Virus record (IMG/VR): IMGVR_UViG_3300022562_001204
Location: 78,551-142,550 of that record
Direction: 5' to 3' (one strand)
Origin: a virus
Taxonomy: Duplodnaviria; Heunggongvirae; Uroviricota; Caudoviricetes
DNA length: 64,000 nt
In this document: piece by piece, positions 62,261-64,000 of the stretch
Position numbering within the stretch: the stretch's first letter is position 1
Layout: each line of letters begins with the position of its first letter
Program-made: the position numbers and the translations under genes
Notes under the pieces: model-generated
The model's database searches: none
Told to the model about the DNA's origin: nothing
What the model saw: the letters and a program-made list of their open reading frames with translations, nothing else

Positions 62261-64000
62261 TTATGAACCCTTCGGGTAGTACCCAAGAGGGACCATAAAG
62301 TCGCTGGTGTACCGACAGACGCCTCGTGTGATACGAAGGCCCTTGAGGTACCCCTTCATGTAGCGAGAGGTGAATGATGAGTTCTGCCACCCAATGCGAA
62401 TCGCGGTCCCATTGTCGGCGTTGACACCTGTTTCGGTACCAGAAGCCTCGAGGTGTCCATTCAGGAACAGGTACCAGTTACCGGAAGCGTCACGGGTTGC
62501 GGCAACATGACACCAGGTGTCAAGCGTCACCGCAGTGGTTGAGAGCAGGTTGATTGCCGTGGTACCTGCTGGCGAGTAGTGAATGAAACTCACTAGCCCA
62601 CTCGAAGATACCGAGAGGTTCCACCCCGTAGCCCCGCCAGTATCTGTCTCTCGTCGAGAGACCAGGGTACTATTGTCAGAGAAGGAAGTGATATTGGCGA
62701 AGATCTCGATGGTAAACGCGACGTCTGGTACCCAGTTAGTTGAGGTCGGGATGGTGACGTAACTACTGGCGCTACAAGTATAGGCCGTTCCAAAGTCGCC
62801 ATAGGGACCGTCAACCAGGGTAGAGGTCGGGGATCCCACCGTTGTCAGCGTTCCAACCACTTCGTCAGCAAAAGTTGTAGTCCCGACTCGCATATCCAGA
62901 CTGGAGAACGACACCACGCTGGCCCAATAAGGATCCTTCCAGGGCTGGTTGTCCTTATATAGGTGGTCATCTGCGAAGTTGCCAGTGAGTCCGTACTTGT
63001 GTGCCAGGTACCCTTCTACACGACGGGGGTCGTAAAGGTTGGGTTTGCTCTTACCAAAGACCGTTTCGGCTAGTTTCCCAGGGAAGTAGTTCACGGAAGC
63101 CGGGGTAGCCGAGTTACTGGCACCGATACGGCTGTAGTCCAGGGCGGACGTACTCGAACCACTACCCGTTCCTGAGAAGGTTCCAGTTACATAGTCGACC
63201 TGAATACCGTCTTGGTAAGCCTCGATCGTTCTGGAGTTTGTACTGACGTTGACCCCAGAAATGGTCCAGGTATCTGCGACGGCGTTGAAATCACCCGTGT
63301 AGATACTTCCAGTATCGGAGGTTCTAACCCCGATGTGGAAGGGCGTCAGCGTAATACGAGCCGCTCCAGCGCTGTTTGCAGATGCAAAACTGACCAGAGG
63401 GTACCCGTCTGTAGCGACATCCACGCTATAAAGCATGTACCCCCAGAACTGGTTTAGGGAGTTCCAAAGCGCAGCTGCCCCAGTGATCTTCAAAAACTGA
63501 TCGGTACCATTGAAGACCAGGACATCGTGACCATTGAGGGCGTCTGCCTCGTAAGTCGGTGCCGTCCCCGTCGTGCCTGTTGCTGTGTAGCCACTTCCGG
63601 CCACATCCGCCCACGAGAGGATCTCAGTGCCGCTGTAAGTGAAACTCTCGTCACCGTTGTACCAGATAACGGGCTTAGCCAGCTGCATAGAAGCAGGGGT
63701 CCACTCCTCATTGATACGAACCAAGGCGGTGGCGTTATCGCCAAGGTATCCATCTCCCTGGTAGTTGGACAATACGACCGTAAGCGTCTTTGGCCAGTCC
63801 TCAGACGCAAAGATCTGGAACTCAATGAACTGATCCTCCGCATCCCCGTCTGCCCAGGTAAGGGTGCCGGCGATACCGGCATACTCGTTACCCAGGGTGG
63901 CCGTACCGTCAACAAAGGCATAGTCGACCGATACGGTACCAAAGGTGTCCTCTGTGCGAGTGACCCTGAGGGTAGCCGTATCACCTGCGACGTCATATTC
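62261..64000 (-). CDS. large structural protein (partial, N-terminus beyond window) with Calx-beta-like and LamG-like domains
   Basis: The ORF-track start at 63772 is an internal TTG. Hand-translating 63773..64000 in the same frame gives 76 further codons without a stop (…VSVDYAFVDGTATLGNEYAGIAGTLTWADGDAEDQFIEFQIFASEDWPKTLTVVLSNYQ…), a Calx-beta-like motif. The C-terminal part reads …GYLKGLRITRGV, LamG-like. TAA stop. Confidence 0.6.
   Translation of the reverse strand, partial: EYDVAGDTATLRVTRTEDTFGTVSVDYAFVDGTATLGNEYAGIAGTLTWADGDAEDQFIEFQIFASEDWPKTLTVVLSNYQGDGYLGDNATALVRINEEWTPASMQLAKPVIWYNGDESFTYSGTEILSWADVAGSGYTATGTTGTAPTYEADALNGHDVLVFNGTDQFLKITGAAALWNSLNQFWGYMLYSVDVATDGYPLVSFASANSAGAARITLTPFHIGVRTSDTGSIYTGDFNAVADTWTISGVNVSTNSRTIEAYQDGIQVDYVTGTFSGTGSGSSTSALDYSRIGASNSATPASVNYFPGKLAETVFGKSKPNLYDPRRVEGYLAHKYGLTGNFADDHLYKDNQPWKDPYWASVVSFSSLDMRVGTTTFADEVVGTLTTVGSPTSTLVDGPYGDFGTAYTCSASSYVTIPTSTNWVPDVAFTIEIFANITSFSDNSTLVSRRETDTGGATGWNLSVSSSGLVSFIHYSPAGTTAINLLSTTAVTLDTWCHVAATRDASGNWYLFLNGHLEASGTETGVNADNGTAIRIGWQNSSFTSRYMKGYLKGLRITRGVCRYTSDFMVPLGYYPKGS

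Noticed and set aside
1-64000. Whole-window stop-codon reassignment (TAG translated throughout)
   Set aside because: Long structural ORFs (784, 784, 1083, 558, 596 aa) are intact under the standard code, and TAG verifiably terminates 8 ORFs whose C-terminal ends match paralogs. Only two junctions would gain a meaningful product from readthrough. A fully recoded genome is therefore not supported in this window.

Overview
This looks like a large tailed dsDNA phage (myovirus- or jumbo-phage-like), moderately GC-rich, and almost entirely coding, with about 90 tightly packed genes. All but two genes (2671..4044 and 4058..5257) run on the minus strand. Many gene pairs are translationally coupled through ATGA or TAATG overlaps, and many starts are GTG or TTG.

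Only a few products are recognisable from sequence:
- a CX5R protein-tyrosine/dual-specificity phosphatase (57..521)
- an NAD+-dependent DNA ligase (9931..11721)
- an HTH regulator (13917..14306)
- a transglutaminase-like protein (16652..17110)
- an SPFH/band-7 protein (31547..32407)
- a vWA plus Calx-beta protein (32903..34126)
- an ImmA/IrrE-like protein carrying HCxxH instead of HExxH (45899..46369)
- a ParB-like domain protein (47674..48135)
- a tail-fibre block (43248..>64000) with duplicated receptor-binding-like cassettes, two LamG-like 784-aa fibre paralogs, and two Gly/Ala/Thr/Ser-rich repeat proteins (one 1083 aa with about 23 tandem 37-aa repeats)

Other standouts:
- a tRNA with anticodon CUA, i.e. 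an amber suppressor (13178..13252, minus strand), although TAG still terminates at least 8 genes. In two of those, TAG is the only separator from an in-frame downstream membrane-protein gene, one of them right beside the tRNA.
- an uninterrupted array of eight small four-helix membrane-protein genes (36312..39988)
- several lineage-specific tandem paralog families
- a recurrent gene-boundary unit: a GC-rich stem-loop, then a CATATATAAAGGAG-type A/T box plus Shine-Dalgarno (SD) sequence, then the start codon

No rRNA, CRISPR array, integrase or transposase was seen.
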